Shown here: piece by piece, positions 41,087 to 50,402 of the stretch | Numbering within the stretch: position 1 is the stretch's first letter | Layout: every line of letters starts with the position of its first letter | From: an uncultured delta proteobacterium | GTDB lineage: Bacteria; Desulfobacterota; RBG-13-43-22 | Direction of reading: 5' to 3' | NCBI GenBank assembly: GCA_963843145.1 | Contig: CAWJJC010000010.1 | Span: forward strand, 96,001-160,000 | Length of the DNA stretch: 64,000 nucleotides | Notes under the pieces: generated by a model | Told to the model about the DNA's origin: nothing | Database searches by the model: none | Seen by the model: the letters and a program-made list of their open reading frames with translations, nothing else | Position numbers and translations under genes: made by a program

Positions 41087-42241
41087 ATGGACTATGAGAT
41101 CCCGGAAAGCCTGCGCCTGATGCGGGAGACGATCCGCCGCTTCGTGAATCAGGACCTGGAGCCCCTTTCCCAACAAGTGGAGGACGAGGATCATATCCCG
41201 GAGGAGATCGTCCAAAAAATGCGGGAATTGGGGCTGTTCGGCCTTTCCATCCCGGAGGAATACGGGGGATTGGATCTGGGGACCTTCGGCGAATGTCTGG
41301 TCTATGAAGAATTGACCAAAACCAATGCGGCCTTCCGTTCCCGTATCGGCACCAGCAACGGGATCGGCTCCATGGGGATCCTCCTGGACGGCACCGAGGA
41401 GCAGAAACAGAAATACCTTCCCCGGATTGCCAGTGGGGAATGGACCGCCTGTTTGGCCCTGTCGGAACCGGAAGCGGGGTCGGATGCCGGGAACATCCAG
41501 ACCACAGCCGAGCGACAGGGAGAGACCTTTGTGATCAACGGCCTCAAGCACTTCATCACCAACGGCGACGTAGCCGACGTCGCCACTGTCCTGGCCGTGA
41601 CCGACAAGCAAAAACGAACCCGCGGCGGGATCACGGCTTTCGTGATTGAAAAGGGGACTCCGGGCTTTTCGGTAGGAACTATCGAACGGAAGATGGGGCT
41701 CCGGGGCAGCCACACCTGCGAACTGATCTTTGATGATTGCCGCGTCCCGGTCGAGCAGGTGATCGGTGGGGAAGCGATGATCGGCCAGGGGTTTAAGACC
41801 GCCATGCGGGTGCTCGACAAAGGCCGCCTGACCATGGGGGCCTGCGCCCTCGGCGGGGCCCAGAAGCTCCTGGATTTATCCGTGGCCTATGCCCGGCAGC
41901 GGGTTCAATTCGGCAAACCCATCGCCCAATTCCAGTCCGTTCAGAACATGCTGGCCGATATGGCCACCGAGATCTATGCCGCCCGGCAGATGCTCTACCA
42001 CGCCGCTTCCCTGCGGGACCAGGGCCGGACGGTGATCAAGGAAGCCTCCATGGTCAAACTCTTTTGCACGGAGATGGCCTGCCGGGTGGCCGATCGGGCC
42101 GTCCAGATTTTCGGCGGCATGGGCTACATGAAGGATTTCCCGGTAGAGCGGTTTTACCGGGACCTCCGCCTGTACCGGATTTACGAAGGGACCAGCGAGA
42201 TCCAGCGGATGGTCATCGCCCGGGAGCTGACCAAAGAATAG
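41087..42241 (+). CDS. acyl-CoA dehydrogenase (short/branched-chain type)
   Basis: IPEEYGG, LSEPEAGSDA, KHFITNG, RVQFGKPI, FGGMGY and IYEGTSEIQR; AAGGAG RBS before ATG 41087. Confidence 0.95.
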   Translation: MDYEIPESLRLMRETIRRFVNQDLEPLSQQVEDEDHIPEEIVQKMRELGLFGLSIPEEYGGLDLGTFGECLVYEELTKTNAAFRSRIGTSNGIGSMGILLDGTEEQKQKYLPRIASGEWTACLALSEPEAGSDAGNIQTTAERQGETFVINGLKHFITNGDVADVATVLAVTDKQKRTRGGITAFVIEKGTPGFSVGTIERKMGLRGSHTCELIFDDCRVPVEQVIGGEAMIGQGFKTAMRVLDKGRLTMGACALGGAQKLLDLSVAYARQRVQFGKPIAQFQSVQNMLADMATEIYAARQMLYHAASLRDQGRTVIKEASMVKLFCTEMACRVADRAVQIFGGMGYMKDFPVERFYRDLRLYRIYEGTSEIQRMVIARELTKE

Positions 42242-42412
42242 CGGGCTTCCCCATTTTATTTACCAAGCGCCAGGAGGTTCGGACAAGATATCCCAACCAT
42301 CAAAAGGCTTTCTTCTTGACCCTTTTGCAGACCCTATTTATGATGGCAGTCTCTGAACCAGACCAACCTGGAAAAACTAAAAAAGCCTGAAAATGGGCGG
42401 GGGAGAATATTT

Positions 42413-42670
42413 ATGGCGGATAAAACGGCTCCGGCCGGTTCCCAGGGAAAGGGTACAGACCAACAATTTTTGGTTTTCCAACCCTATCCCCTGCTGGTCG
42501 GACAAAAGATATTTATTGAAAGCGGCCCCCGCCGGGGGGACTGGGAAGTGATAGGCCTGAGTGACCGCAAGGTCAGGCTGCGCTGTCCTTTTTCCGGCCG
42601 GGAGATAGAATGGGAACGTTTTTGTTATCTGGTCGAGGAGCGCCAAGGCCTTTGGCCCCATCCGGATTAA
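42413..42670 (+). CDS. small hypothetical protein (85 aa)
   Basis: Clean ORF with a GGGGAG RBS and beta-rich protein-like composition (GQKIFIESGPRRGDWEVIG...LRCP...FCY). Confidence 0.65.
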   Translation: MADKTAPAGSQGKGTDQQFLVFQPYPLLVGQKIFIESGPRRGDWEVIGLSDRKVRLRCPFSGREIEWERFCYLVEERQGLWPHPD

Positions 42671-42865
42671 CCAGGATTTTTAATCTTCCGGAGGGGAATT
42701 TCGACATCAGACGGCTACTTGTGCTTCCGCCACAAAAGCCTCCAGGAGTTGATTCAATTTCGAAGCTCCAATGCTATGAGTTTGCTTTTGGCATAAATAA
42801 ATTCGAGGGCATCCCTTGCCTTCCCATCGATTATTTGACTATACTTTTACCTGTTCCATTATCCA

Positions 42866-43267
42866 TCAAACACCCGCATTACCTTGTACCTTCAAGGAAG
42901 GTACTGAATCCCACGTCTTTCCCTGCAAGAGACGGCCATTATGTTTTTTTGCCCGCTTCTTACCGTCAGCTCCCCAGCCTCCCCACTGTTTGAAGAAAAA
43001 GGCGGACCGTTGCCCGTCGCATTGGCGCTTGACGTTCAGCACCCACTCCTGGCGCATCGGCCGGGCCTTGGGTCCGGACTCACCGCCGACGATGACCCAG
43101 TGGATTCCGTGCAGGTTCAGGACGCCCAGGTCCTCTAGTAACGGCTCAACCGAGGTAAAGCGGATATGGGCCGGCACCCGGCGAAGACAGTCAAGCCGGG
43201 GGAGCCCGTATTTGCGATCCTCCACGGTTACCCCCAGCCAGGCGTTGCGTACGGTATGGGGTCGCAT
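42866..43267 (-). pseudogene. 5'-truncated DUF5131 (phage Gp37/Gp68-like) gene
   Basis: Has C-terminal motifs WLGVTVE, RFTSVEPLL, WVIVGGESG and FFFKQWGG. The N-terminal half with the Cys motif is absent. Confidence 0.8.
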
Positions 43268-43399
43268 CTTTATCTTTTACGATTAAGTACTATCAGACCA
43301 CCACCAACTGATTTGATGCTGCCTTGGAATTTATCCGACTTTGGGCCTGGACGCGATGAATAACCCAGCGGAGAATTTTTCCTAAAGGCTATAACAAAC

Positions 43400-43582
43400 T
43401 CAAGCGACCCTATCACGTTTTCCAGGATAAATCGGTTTTGGTGGCCGGCTGACCAGTCGACCGGAGCAGCCATCCTGAATTTTTATTAAACGTTGAAAAT
43501 AGGAATCGGGAGCATCTTGAGATTCCTTGTCCATCCGCCTTCGGATTTCGCGCACCTTTTTGACAATCGGGTCTTTTTTCAT
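43400..43582 (-). CDS. small hypothetical protein, possibly toxin-antitoxin associated
   Basis: MKKDPIVKKVREIRRR resembles the short 'DPIVEEVRxxR' proteins often found beside PIN toxins; this is recollection, not a search. Confidence 0.55.
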   Translation of the reverse strand: MKKDPIVKKVREIRRRMDKESQDAPDSYFQRLIKIQDGCSGRLVSRPPKPIYPGKRDRVA

Positions 43583-43606
43583 TTATGCGCTTTACAACGG
43601 TGATTT

Positions 43607-43831
43607 TCAGGATGCCTTTTTCAGACGTTCAGCCACCCACAGTTTAATGATGGATTGTCGGGGCACTCCCAGGCGTTTCGCTTCCTTATCCAATTGTCTG
43701 ATCATCCAAGCCGGAAAATCAACATTAACCCTCTTCTGTTCCAGTGTCGATCTCCGAGCCCTGGACAAATCAAGGTACTTAGAGATGTCATCTCCTTCGT
43801 CAAACTTTCTGTCGAACTCCTTAGCTTTCAT
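43607..43831 (-). CDS. CopG/BrnA-like antitoxin
   Basis: MKAKEFDRKFDEGDDISKYLDLS...KRVNVDFPAWMI..LDKEAKRLGVPRQSIIKLWVAERL, a ribbon-helix-helix pattern. Confidence 0.88.
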   Translation of the reverse strand: MKAKEFDRKFDEGDDISKYLDLSRARRSTLEQKRVNVDFPAWMIRQLDKEAKRLGVPRQSIIKLWVAERLKKAS

Positions 43832-43933
43832 AGATATCAATCTCTGCCATGGAGTAAAATCAAATTCCCTCTCCCATCCGGATTAAAAAGTTTTTGGACT
43901 TACAGTACAACTTCCTTAATGAAACGTTAATTT

Positions 43934-44293
43934 TTAGGATACGGGCTTATTGTTTTGCAGAGCTTCAAAAAACTTTTGGCAGACCGCCTCTAATGGATCG
44001 AGTTTATTCTGGACCACATCCCAAACGATGGGTAAATTGATCCCAAAATATTCATGAACCAGAATATTCCGCATTCCGGTAATTTTACGCCAATCTATCT
44101 TGCAAGTCGTTTCTTTAAAACTATCCGGTAGGCTTTTCGCTGCCTCGCCAATAATCTCCAGGTTCCGGGCTACGGCATCCTGGGTTTTTCTATCGTTGGC
44201 AAACGATTTTTCGTCTTGGCCTTCGACATAGGACCTGATTTGCTTTATCGCCTCAAGAATGTCATCGAGGTAAAGGCGATAGTCCCTAGACAT
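43934..44293 (-). CDS. HepT-like HEPN ribonuclease toxin (DUF86)
   Basis: LEIIGEAA and the Rx4HxY motif RNILVHEY; overlaps the MNT stop. Confidence 0.92.
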   Translation of the reverse strand: MSRDYRLYLDDILEAIKQIRSYVEGQDEKSFANDRKTQDAVARNLEIIGEAAKSLPDSFKETTCKIDWRKITGMRNILVHEYFGINLPIVWDVVQNKLDPLEAVCQKFFEALQNNKPVS

Positions 44294-44573
44294 AGACCGC
44301 CTCACCGGCGATGATCGGCCGAAGACGGGGTTTCAATGAGTCAGCCAAAACCAGGTCCACAGACCTTCTAAGTTGGTCCTCCAGAAAAAATTTCAAATCC
44401 ATATAATGATCCAAAGTCGGTTGGGCCAACTCTACTAAAATATCTATATCGCTCTGGTCGTCGGCGGAACCATGCAGAAAAGAGCCAAACAATCCGATAC
44501 GCTTAACGGTGAACCGCCTCTCGATCTCACTTTTGTTTTTTTTTAAAAAATCGACAATCTTTTCACTATCCAT
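44286..44573 (-). CDS. MntA-like minimal nucleotidyltransferase antitoxin
   Basis: GSx10DxD motif (GSFLHGSADDQSDID) and VDLV. Confidence 0.92.
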   Translation of the reverse strand: MDSEKIVDFLKKNKSEIERRFTVKRIGLFGSFLHGSADDQSDIDILVELAQPTLDHYMDLKFFLEDQLRRSVDLVLADSLKPRLRPIIAGEAVYV

Positions 44574-44786
44574 TTTAATAATCCACCTCCCTGTCTCCTA
44601 AAAATTACCGCCCCAATCTATCCTAGAGGATAAAAAGGCCCTTCCTCTGAGAATGAGAAAAGGGCCTTAGGATTCCATTAAGTCCTCCCCGGTAAAGTTG
44701 GGCGAATAAATAGAAAAAAAAATTAATTAGATAACTTCTAATAGCACGACTTACCCTGACTGTCAATCATGGGCCTTCAAATCTGG

Positions 44787-47639
44787 TCAATCATACATCT
44801 CCTGCAGCAACTCCAGAATTTTCCGCCGGCTGGGGGTGGTGGGATCGGTGGCCATATTCACCGCGTCGCGCGAGGTGTAAAAGGCGATCTTCTCCAGGTC
44901 CCCTTGGGGAATTCCCTCGGCCTTCAGGCTGATGCGGATATCGAGCTTCTCGTAGAAGGCCAGCAGGCTTTCCAGGAGGTCGTTGGAGCGGTTCAACATC
45001 TGGGCCAGATCGGTAAAGGGGTCCTTACAGGTGTCCCGGTTGGCCCGGACAAAGCCGAGGAGGCCGTAGATGGCCGCCCGACCGTGGGGCAGATGGTAGT
45101 GGGCGCCCAGCACATGGGTAATGGCATGGCCGATCCCCAGGCCTTTCAGAAAGGCCAGGCCGCCGCAGAGGGCCGCCATGCACAGGTCGGTCCGGGCGGC
45201 GATATCCTCCCCGTCCCGATAGGCCCGGGGGAGGCTGCGCCCGATCAGTTTAACCCCGTAAACCGCCATGGACTCGAAGTAGGGGTGGTAGGGGGTGGCC
45301 AGGGAAACATAGCCCTCGACGCAGTGGGCCAGGGCGTCGATACCGGAGGCGATGGTCAGTCCGGGCGGCATAGTCCGGCAGAACAGGGGATCGATGACCG
45401 CCACCCGCGGGATCAGGTGATTGCTCATCAAAACCAGTTTCAGGTCCCGTTCCTTATCGGTAATCACCGCGCAGGGGTTGACCTCGCTTCCCGTCCCGGA
45501 AGTAGTCGGCAGGCAGAGGATCGGCGGTAGAATCGGCTTGATTTTGCCGCCTCCGCCCACAATCCCTTCAAATTCCCTCAGGTCCCCGGAGTGGGTGACC
45601 TGCAACCCGAGGGCCTTGGCCGTATCCATCGAACTGCCGCCGCCCAGGCCGAGAATGCCGTCACAGCCTGATTCGATATACAGCCGCCCGGCTCGTTCGA
45701 TGAGTTCGATGGGAGGATCGGGCTCCACCTCCGAAAAAACAACCGTTTCGATACCCCGAGGCTCAACGATCCGGCGGATCTCGTCCGCCCGCCCCAGGGA
45801 ATACATGACCGGATCGGTAACGATAAACAGTTTCCTGACCTGAAGACGCTTCAGGACTTCCCCCATTTTTCCCGCCACCCCGGCGCCGAACAGCGTTTCC
45901 GGCAGGGGCGGGATGCGGATTTCCCAGATCTTTTCTTTTTCCTGAAAGGAGTCCAGCCCGGCCCAGAAATGCGTGATCTCGGCCTCCTCCACATCGAAAA
46001 CCTGGTGGGTCGGGGCAACCGCCTCCTCGCGAATAAAGGCGGCCTCCCGGGTGTCCCCCCGGCTGAATTCGGCCTTTCCATTGAAAGCGAGCTGATCCCT
46101 AAGCGTCTGTTTGCCGATCTCCAGGACATCCGCGGGCGTCCACCGGCCCCCGTAGCGGGCGTTCAACAGATCGGCCAGGAAGGGATAGAGGGAAACCCGT
46201 CCGCCGGGAACGGCATTCAGGCAGTAGCCGAAAGCGTCACAGACGGCGGCCTGGACCTGGGCCTTGAGCGAATTCTCCGCTTGTTTCGTTCGGCTGAGGG
46301 GAATCCGGTAGGTCAGCCCGGCCGTGTGATCCGCGCCCATGGGGCTGGTGTAATAGGTGACCCCGGTTCCCTTGGTCGATCGGGGATCATGGCCGGGCAG
46401 GGCCTGCCCTTTATAGGCGGGCACCCGGCTGACGCCCAGGTATTGGGCGGTGGCCACCACCCCGTTTCCCAGGGCCCGGCCCAACGGCGTTTCCCGTTCC
46501 ATTTCTTCCAGCAGCCGCGCGGCCGAGGACCAATCGCCGAAGGTCATTTTCCCGGCCTCCGCCGCCAGGCCCAAAGCGCTGCCGGTTTCGATGGCATCGA
46601 CCCCCAGATCGTCGCAAAGGAATTTGAGCCGGGCAATGGCATCCGGATCGGTGATGCCCAGATTGCTTCCCAGCAGGGCGATAGTTTCATATTCATACGC
46701 CGAGCAGATCCGTTTCCCTTCCTGATCGGGATAGATGATGGAACAGCGGACCACGCAGCCGGGCATACAGCCGTGCATCCGGCCGCCCCGCTCAAAAAGG
46801 ATTTTCTGGATGCTGTTGCCGCTTACGGCGATAAAATCTTCGGGCCGGCCCGAACGGTAATTCAGGGTCGGCAAGGTCCCCTGGCTGGCGGAATTGGAAA
46901 CGGCGAAAGGCGTGCCGAAGCGGGAATAAAGGCTGCAACTCACATCGTGTTTGAGGGTGTTGACCCAGGATTTCACCCGCCGGCGAAAGGCCTCCGGATC
47001 GGCCGTCGCCACCGGACCGGTCTTTGCGGGATCGATGATAATGGCCTTGAGCCCCTTGGACCCCATCACGGCCCCGAGCCCTCCCCGGGCGGCATTCCGC
47101 GAGGGATCCCCGAACAGATCGGTCAAGGAGACCGAGGCCCCCCGGTATTTCCGCTCTCCCGCCGGGCCGGTAGAGATGATCGCCGTCTTTTCCCCGTGCT
47201 TTTCCCTCAGTCGCCCGGCCAGTTCGTAATTTTTAAGGCCCCGGTATTCCTCGGCCGGGATCAAGGCCGCCCGATCCCCGGAGATCGATAAGACGGTTAA
47301 GCGGCCATCCGGCGGAGCGCCGTGAACAACGATGGCGCGAATCCCCAGCCGGTCGAGGAATTGTCCGGCCGGGCCTCCGGCATTGGCCTCTTTGATCCCC
47401 AGCGTCAGGGGACTCTTGGCCCCGACGGAGATGCGCCCAAGCTGGGGCGCCCCGGTGCCGGCCAGGGGGCCGACGGCCACAATAAAGGCATTCTCGGGAC
47501 CCAGGGGATCCACCGCCGGCGGGACCTCCCGGTTCATGATCCGGGCCAACAATGCGCTGCCGCCGATGGGCAGCCAGTCCTCCCGGAGGCCCTCAAATTC
47601 AATCGTTCCCGTTTCCATGTTTAATCGCAGCAGCTTCAT
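44787..47639 (-). CDS. fusion protein: aldehyde:ferredoxin oxidoreductase (W/Mo-pterin) plus iron-containing alcohol dehydrogenase
   Basis: The first ~560 aa have KSPLT, EANAGG, RGGLGAVMGSKGLKA, CMPGCVVRC, EYET, CDDLGVD, GADHT and DAFGYC. The last ~380 aa have GGGSSMD, PTTSGTGSE, DALAHCVE and HAITH...HG. Confidence 0.92.
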   Translation of the reverse strand: MKLLRLNMETGTIEFEGLREDWLPIGGSALLARIMNREVPPAVDPLGPENAFIVAVGPLAGTGAPQLGRISVGAKSPLTLGIKEANAGGPAGQFLDRLGIRAIVVHGAPPDGRLTVLSISGDRAALIPAEEYRGLKNYELAGRLREKHGEKTAIISTGPAGERKYRGASVSLTDLFGDPSRNAARGGLGAVMGSKGLKAIIIDPAKTGPVATADPEAFRRRVKSWVNTLKHDVSCSLYSRFGTPFAVSNSASQGTLPTLNYRSGRPEDFIAVSGNSIQKILFERGGRMHGCMPGCVVRCSIIYPDQEGKRICSAYEYETIALLGSNLGITDPDAIARLKFLCDDLGVDAIETGSALGLAAEAGKMTFGDWSSAARLLEEMERETPLGRALGNGVVATAQYLGVSRVPAYKGQALPGHDPRSTKGTGVTYYTSPMGADHTAGLTYRIPLSRTKQAENSLKAQVQAAVCDAFGYCLNAVPGGRVSLYPFLADLLNARYGGRWTPADVLEIGKQTLRDQLAFNGKAEFSRGDTREAAFIREEAVAPTHQVFDVEEAEITHFWAGLDSFQEKEKIWEIRIPPLPETLFGAGVAGKMGEVLKRLQVRKLFIVTDPVMYSLGRADEIRRIVEPRGIETVVFSEVEPDPPIELIERAGRLYIESGCDGILGLGGGSSMDTAKALGLQVTHSGDLREFEGIVGGGGKIKPILPPILCLPTTSGTGSEVNPCAVITDKERDLKLVLMSNHLIPRVAVIDPLFCRTMPPGLTIASGIDALAHCVEGYVSLATPYHPYFESMAVYGVKLIGRSLPRAYRDGEDIAARTDLCMAALCGGLAFLKGLGIGHAITHVLGAHYHLPHGRAAIYGLLGFVRANRDTCKDPFTDLAQMLNRSNDLLESLLAFYEKLDIRISLKAEGIPQGDLEKIAFYTSRDAVNMATDPTTPSRRKILELLQEMYD

Positions 47640-47818
47640 ATCGGCACTTCCTTTGAATAATCAAGATTTAAGGGCGCTATCCTATCATAATGCCCACCGC
47701 AAGTCCAAAGGGATGCGGCAGCAGAGGTCATAAAATTCTTAAGTTTTAGTCCTCGGCTCCGATAATCAGCTAGGGCCGTCGGCCATACTATTTAACATTT
47801 TTTGCAAGGGGGAAAATA

Positions 47819-48262
47819 ATGAAACGATTTTTCGTGGTTTTTTTGGTGTTGGGGTTGTTTGTGGGAACGGTCTATGCTGCCTCGGAAAAAGACCTGGCCG
47901 TCTCCTTAGTGGAAAAGGCGGCGGCCTTCGCTCAGGCCCAGGGCAAAGAGAAGGCCCTGGCTGAAATCAGCACGGCCAAGGGACAATTCGACAAGGGGGA
48001 AGTCTACGTGTTTGCCTATGATCTGCAGGGAGTGATCGTAGCCCACCCCAAGAATCCCAAGTTGATCGGCAAGAACCTTTTAGAGGTCCCCGACCCGGAC
48101 GGAAAATTCTTCCGTAAAGAGATCCAGGAAGTGGCCAAGACGAAGGGGACGGGCTGGGTGGATTACAAATACACCAATCCTGTAAATAAAAAAGTAGAAC
48201 ATAAGACCACCTATCTGAAGAAGGCAGGCGATCTTATTATTTGCTGCGGAGTATATCTATAG
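47819..48262 (+). CDS. stand-alone secreted single-Cache domain protein
   Basis: Signal peptide, YVFAYD, AHPKNPKLIGKNL, DPDGK, GWVDY and K-T-Y motifs of sCache_2. Confidence 0.88.
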   Translation: MKRFFVVFLVLGLFVGTVYAASEKDLAVSLVEKAAAFAQAQGKEKALAEISTAKGQFDKGEVYVFAYDLQGVIVAHPKNPKLIGKNLLEVPDPDGKFFRKEIQEVAKTKGTGWVDYKYTNPVNKKVEHKTTYLKKAGDLIICCGVYL

Positions 48263-48416
48263 ATGACCTCGCAAAAAGTCCAAAAACGACTTTCTGCTCG
48301 GCGGGGAAGGGCTTCCCCTCCCCCGCCATTTGAAGTGAATTCAAATGGTCCCACCCTCACCCCAGCCCGGCGCTTAATCGCGCTCGGGCTGCTGCTGGAC
48401 TTTTTGCAAGTCCATC
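48262..48416. mobile_element. MITE-like element with GATG..GCAAAAAGTC terminal inverted repeats, copy 1
   Basis: gatgacctcgcaaaaagtcca ... tggactttttgcaagtccatc (21 bp, 3 mismatches); the same ends occur at 60974-61132. Confidence 0.65.
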
Positions 48417-48681
48417 ACTATAACCTCTTAAATAACCTCGCAATAAGAAACAACTTGCGCCTGGGGGGGGGTCTGGATAAGCTTCCTGGCTTTTTCCCGC
48501 CCCTCCTTGTTTTCCAAGGTTCCAAAACGGCCAACCGCTGGACCTCCTGATCGGCCCGCTGAACGGGTATGTCCGCCGGTTTTTTCCAGCTTCTCGGCAA
48601 TCACTTATCGGTTGCAAGTTGCTCCCCCGACATGTTAATTTTTTTTATTGACACAAATCATTTGAATGGAGGGGCAGTCCC

Positions 48682-50397
48682 GTGAATTTTTTTATTCAAC
48701 CGAAGCGATACATCACTCTAATGGCCGATGAGGGCTCGCGGCTCCTTATGGAGAAAACCATTGCCTTCTTTGAAAACATGGGCAAAAGCCGGCTGCTTGA
48801 AGACTACAACCGAAAAATCTGGTACCGGGAATTTGTCGATTTCATCGGCCGGGAGCGGATTTTCGCCAAGCTGCTTACGCCCAAGGTATATGCCGATGAC
48901 GACCCGGACTGCCGCTGGGACACGGCGCGCAATAACGAGTTCAGCGAATTATTGGCTTTTTACGGCTTGGGCTATTGGTATTGCTTCCAGGTCACCATTC
49001 TGGGGCTGGGCCCCATCTGGATGAGCCCCAACGAAAAGGCCAAACAGAAAGCGGCCCGACTCCTTCGGGAAGGCGCCATCTTCGCCTTCGGCCTGTCCGA
49101 ACGGGCACATGGGGCGGATATTTACGCCACCGAAACCACCCTGACCCCCCGGGGCGACGGCACCTGGTCGGCCAACGGCGAGAAGTATTACATCGGCAAC
49201 GGCAACGAGGCGGAGATGGTTTCCACCCTCGGCAAGGTCAAAGACGGGACGGACGATTTTGTCTTCTTTGTCACCAACTACCGCCATAAGGCCTATGAGC
49301 TGAAAAAGAACGTCATCTCCCACCAGGAGTACGTCTCCAACTTCGCCCTGCACGACTATCCCGTCACCGAGGACGATATCCTTTCCCGGGGTCCCCTGGC
49401 CTGGGATTCGGCGCTGAATACGGTAAACATCGGCAAGTTTAATATCGGCCCGGCCTCCATCGGAATGGCCGAACACTGTTTCTACGAGGCCATTACCCAT
49501 GCCGCCCACCGCGTCCTTTACGGGGTTCGGGTCAGCGATATGCCTCATGTGCGTCGAAACTTCATGGACGCCTGGCTGCGGCTGACGGCCATGAAAAGCT
49601 ATCATCGCCGGGCCACCGACTACTTCCGGCAGGCCGGGGAATATGACCGGCGCTATCTGCTCTACAACCCCACCAGCAAGATGAAGGTGACCCTGCAATC
49701 CGAAGAGGTGATCAACCTGCTCTGGGAGGTGATTGCCGCCAAGGGTTTTGAAAAGGACACCTACTTCCACATGGCCGCCGCCGACGTCCGGGGCCCGTCC
49801 AAGCTCGAAGGCACCGTCCACGTAAATGTCCAGCTCATCCGCAAATTCATGAAGAACTATTTTTTCAGCCCCGCGGAATATGCCCCGGTGGGTCCCGATT
49901 TTTCCCTGAAAGACGACCTGTTCTTGTTCAATCAGGGACCGACCAAGGGTTTGGGCGCGGTCCGGTTTCATGACTACCGGCCGATATTCGAAGCCTTCCG
50001 GGATCTCCCCAACGTCGGCCGCTTCATCCGCCAGACCGAGATCTTCAGGGAGCTGCTCGAAAAGGCCGGACCGGACAAGATCCAGGATCTGGACCCCGTT
50101 TTCTCGCTCCCCCTCGGCGAGATGTTCTCCATCGTGGTCTACGGCCAGCTCATTTTGGAGCAGGCGCAGCTTGAGCACCTGGACTCGGATGTTCTCAACC
50201 AGATCTTCGATTTTATGGTGCGGGACTTCGCGCGGTTCGCTTTGCAGATCTACGGTCTGCCCGCCACCCGAGAGGAACAACGGGCCTTCTGTCAGGAGGT
50301 CATGCTGGTCCGGCCTGCCGGAGATGAGGCCCAATACCGGCGGGTCTGGGAGGGGTATGTCCTTCCCCTGAATGGAGAGTACGCCATGAATGAGTGA
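48682..50397 (+). CDS. acyl-CoA dehydrogenase family protein (divergent)
   Basis: FGLSERAHGAD, GEKYYIGNG, LNTVNIGKFN, IAAKGFE and KLEGTVHVN; GGAGG RBS before GTG. Confidence 0.88.
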   Translation: MNFFIQPKRYITLMADEGSRLLMEKTIAFFENMGKSRLLEDYNRKIWYREFVDFIGRERIFAKLLTPKVYADDDPDCRWDTARNNEFSELLAFYGLGYWYCFQVTILGLGPIWMSPNEKAKQKAARLLREGAIFAFGLSERAHGADIYATETTLTPRGDGTWSANGEKYYIGNGNEAEMVSTLGKVKDGTDDFVFFVTNYRHKAYELKKNVISHQEYVSNFALHDYPVTEDDILSRGPLAWDSALNTVNIGKFNIGPASIGMAEHCFYEAITHAAHRVLYGVRVSDMPHVRRNFMDAWLRLTAMKSYHRRATDYFRQAGEYDRRYLLYNPTSKMKVTLQSEEVINLLWEVIAAKGFEKDTYFHMAAADVRGPSKLEGTVHVNVQLIRKFMKNYFFSPAEYAPVGPDFSLKDDLFLFNQGPTKGLGAVRFHDYRPIFEAFRDLPNVGRFIRQTEIFRELLEKAGPDKIQDLDPVFSLPLGEMFSIVVYGQLILEQAQLEHLDSDVLNQIFDFMVRDFARFALQIYGLPATREEQRAFCQEVMLVRPAGDEAQYRRVWEGYVLPLNGEYAMNE

Positions 50398-50402
50398 CCT
50401 TC

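Noticed and set aside
42671-42865. Coding potential between the small hypothetical gene and the DUF5131 remnant (also 43270..43399)
   Set aside because: Only short frames with no recognisable similarity.
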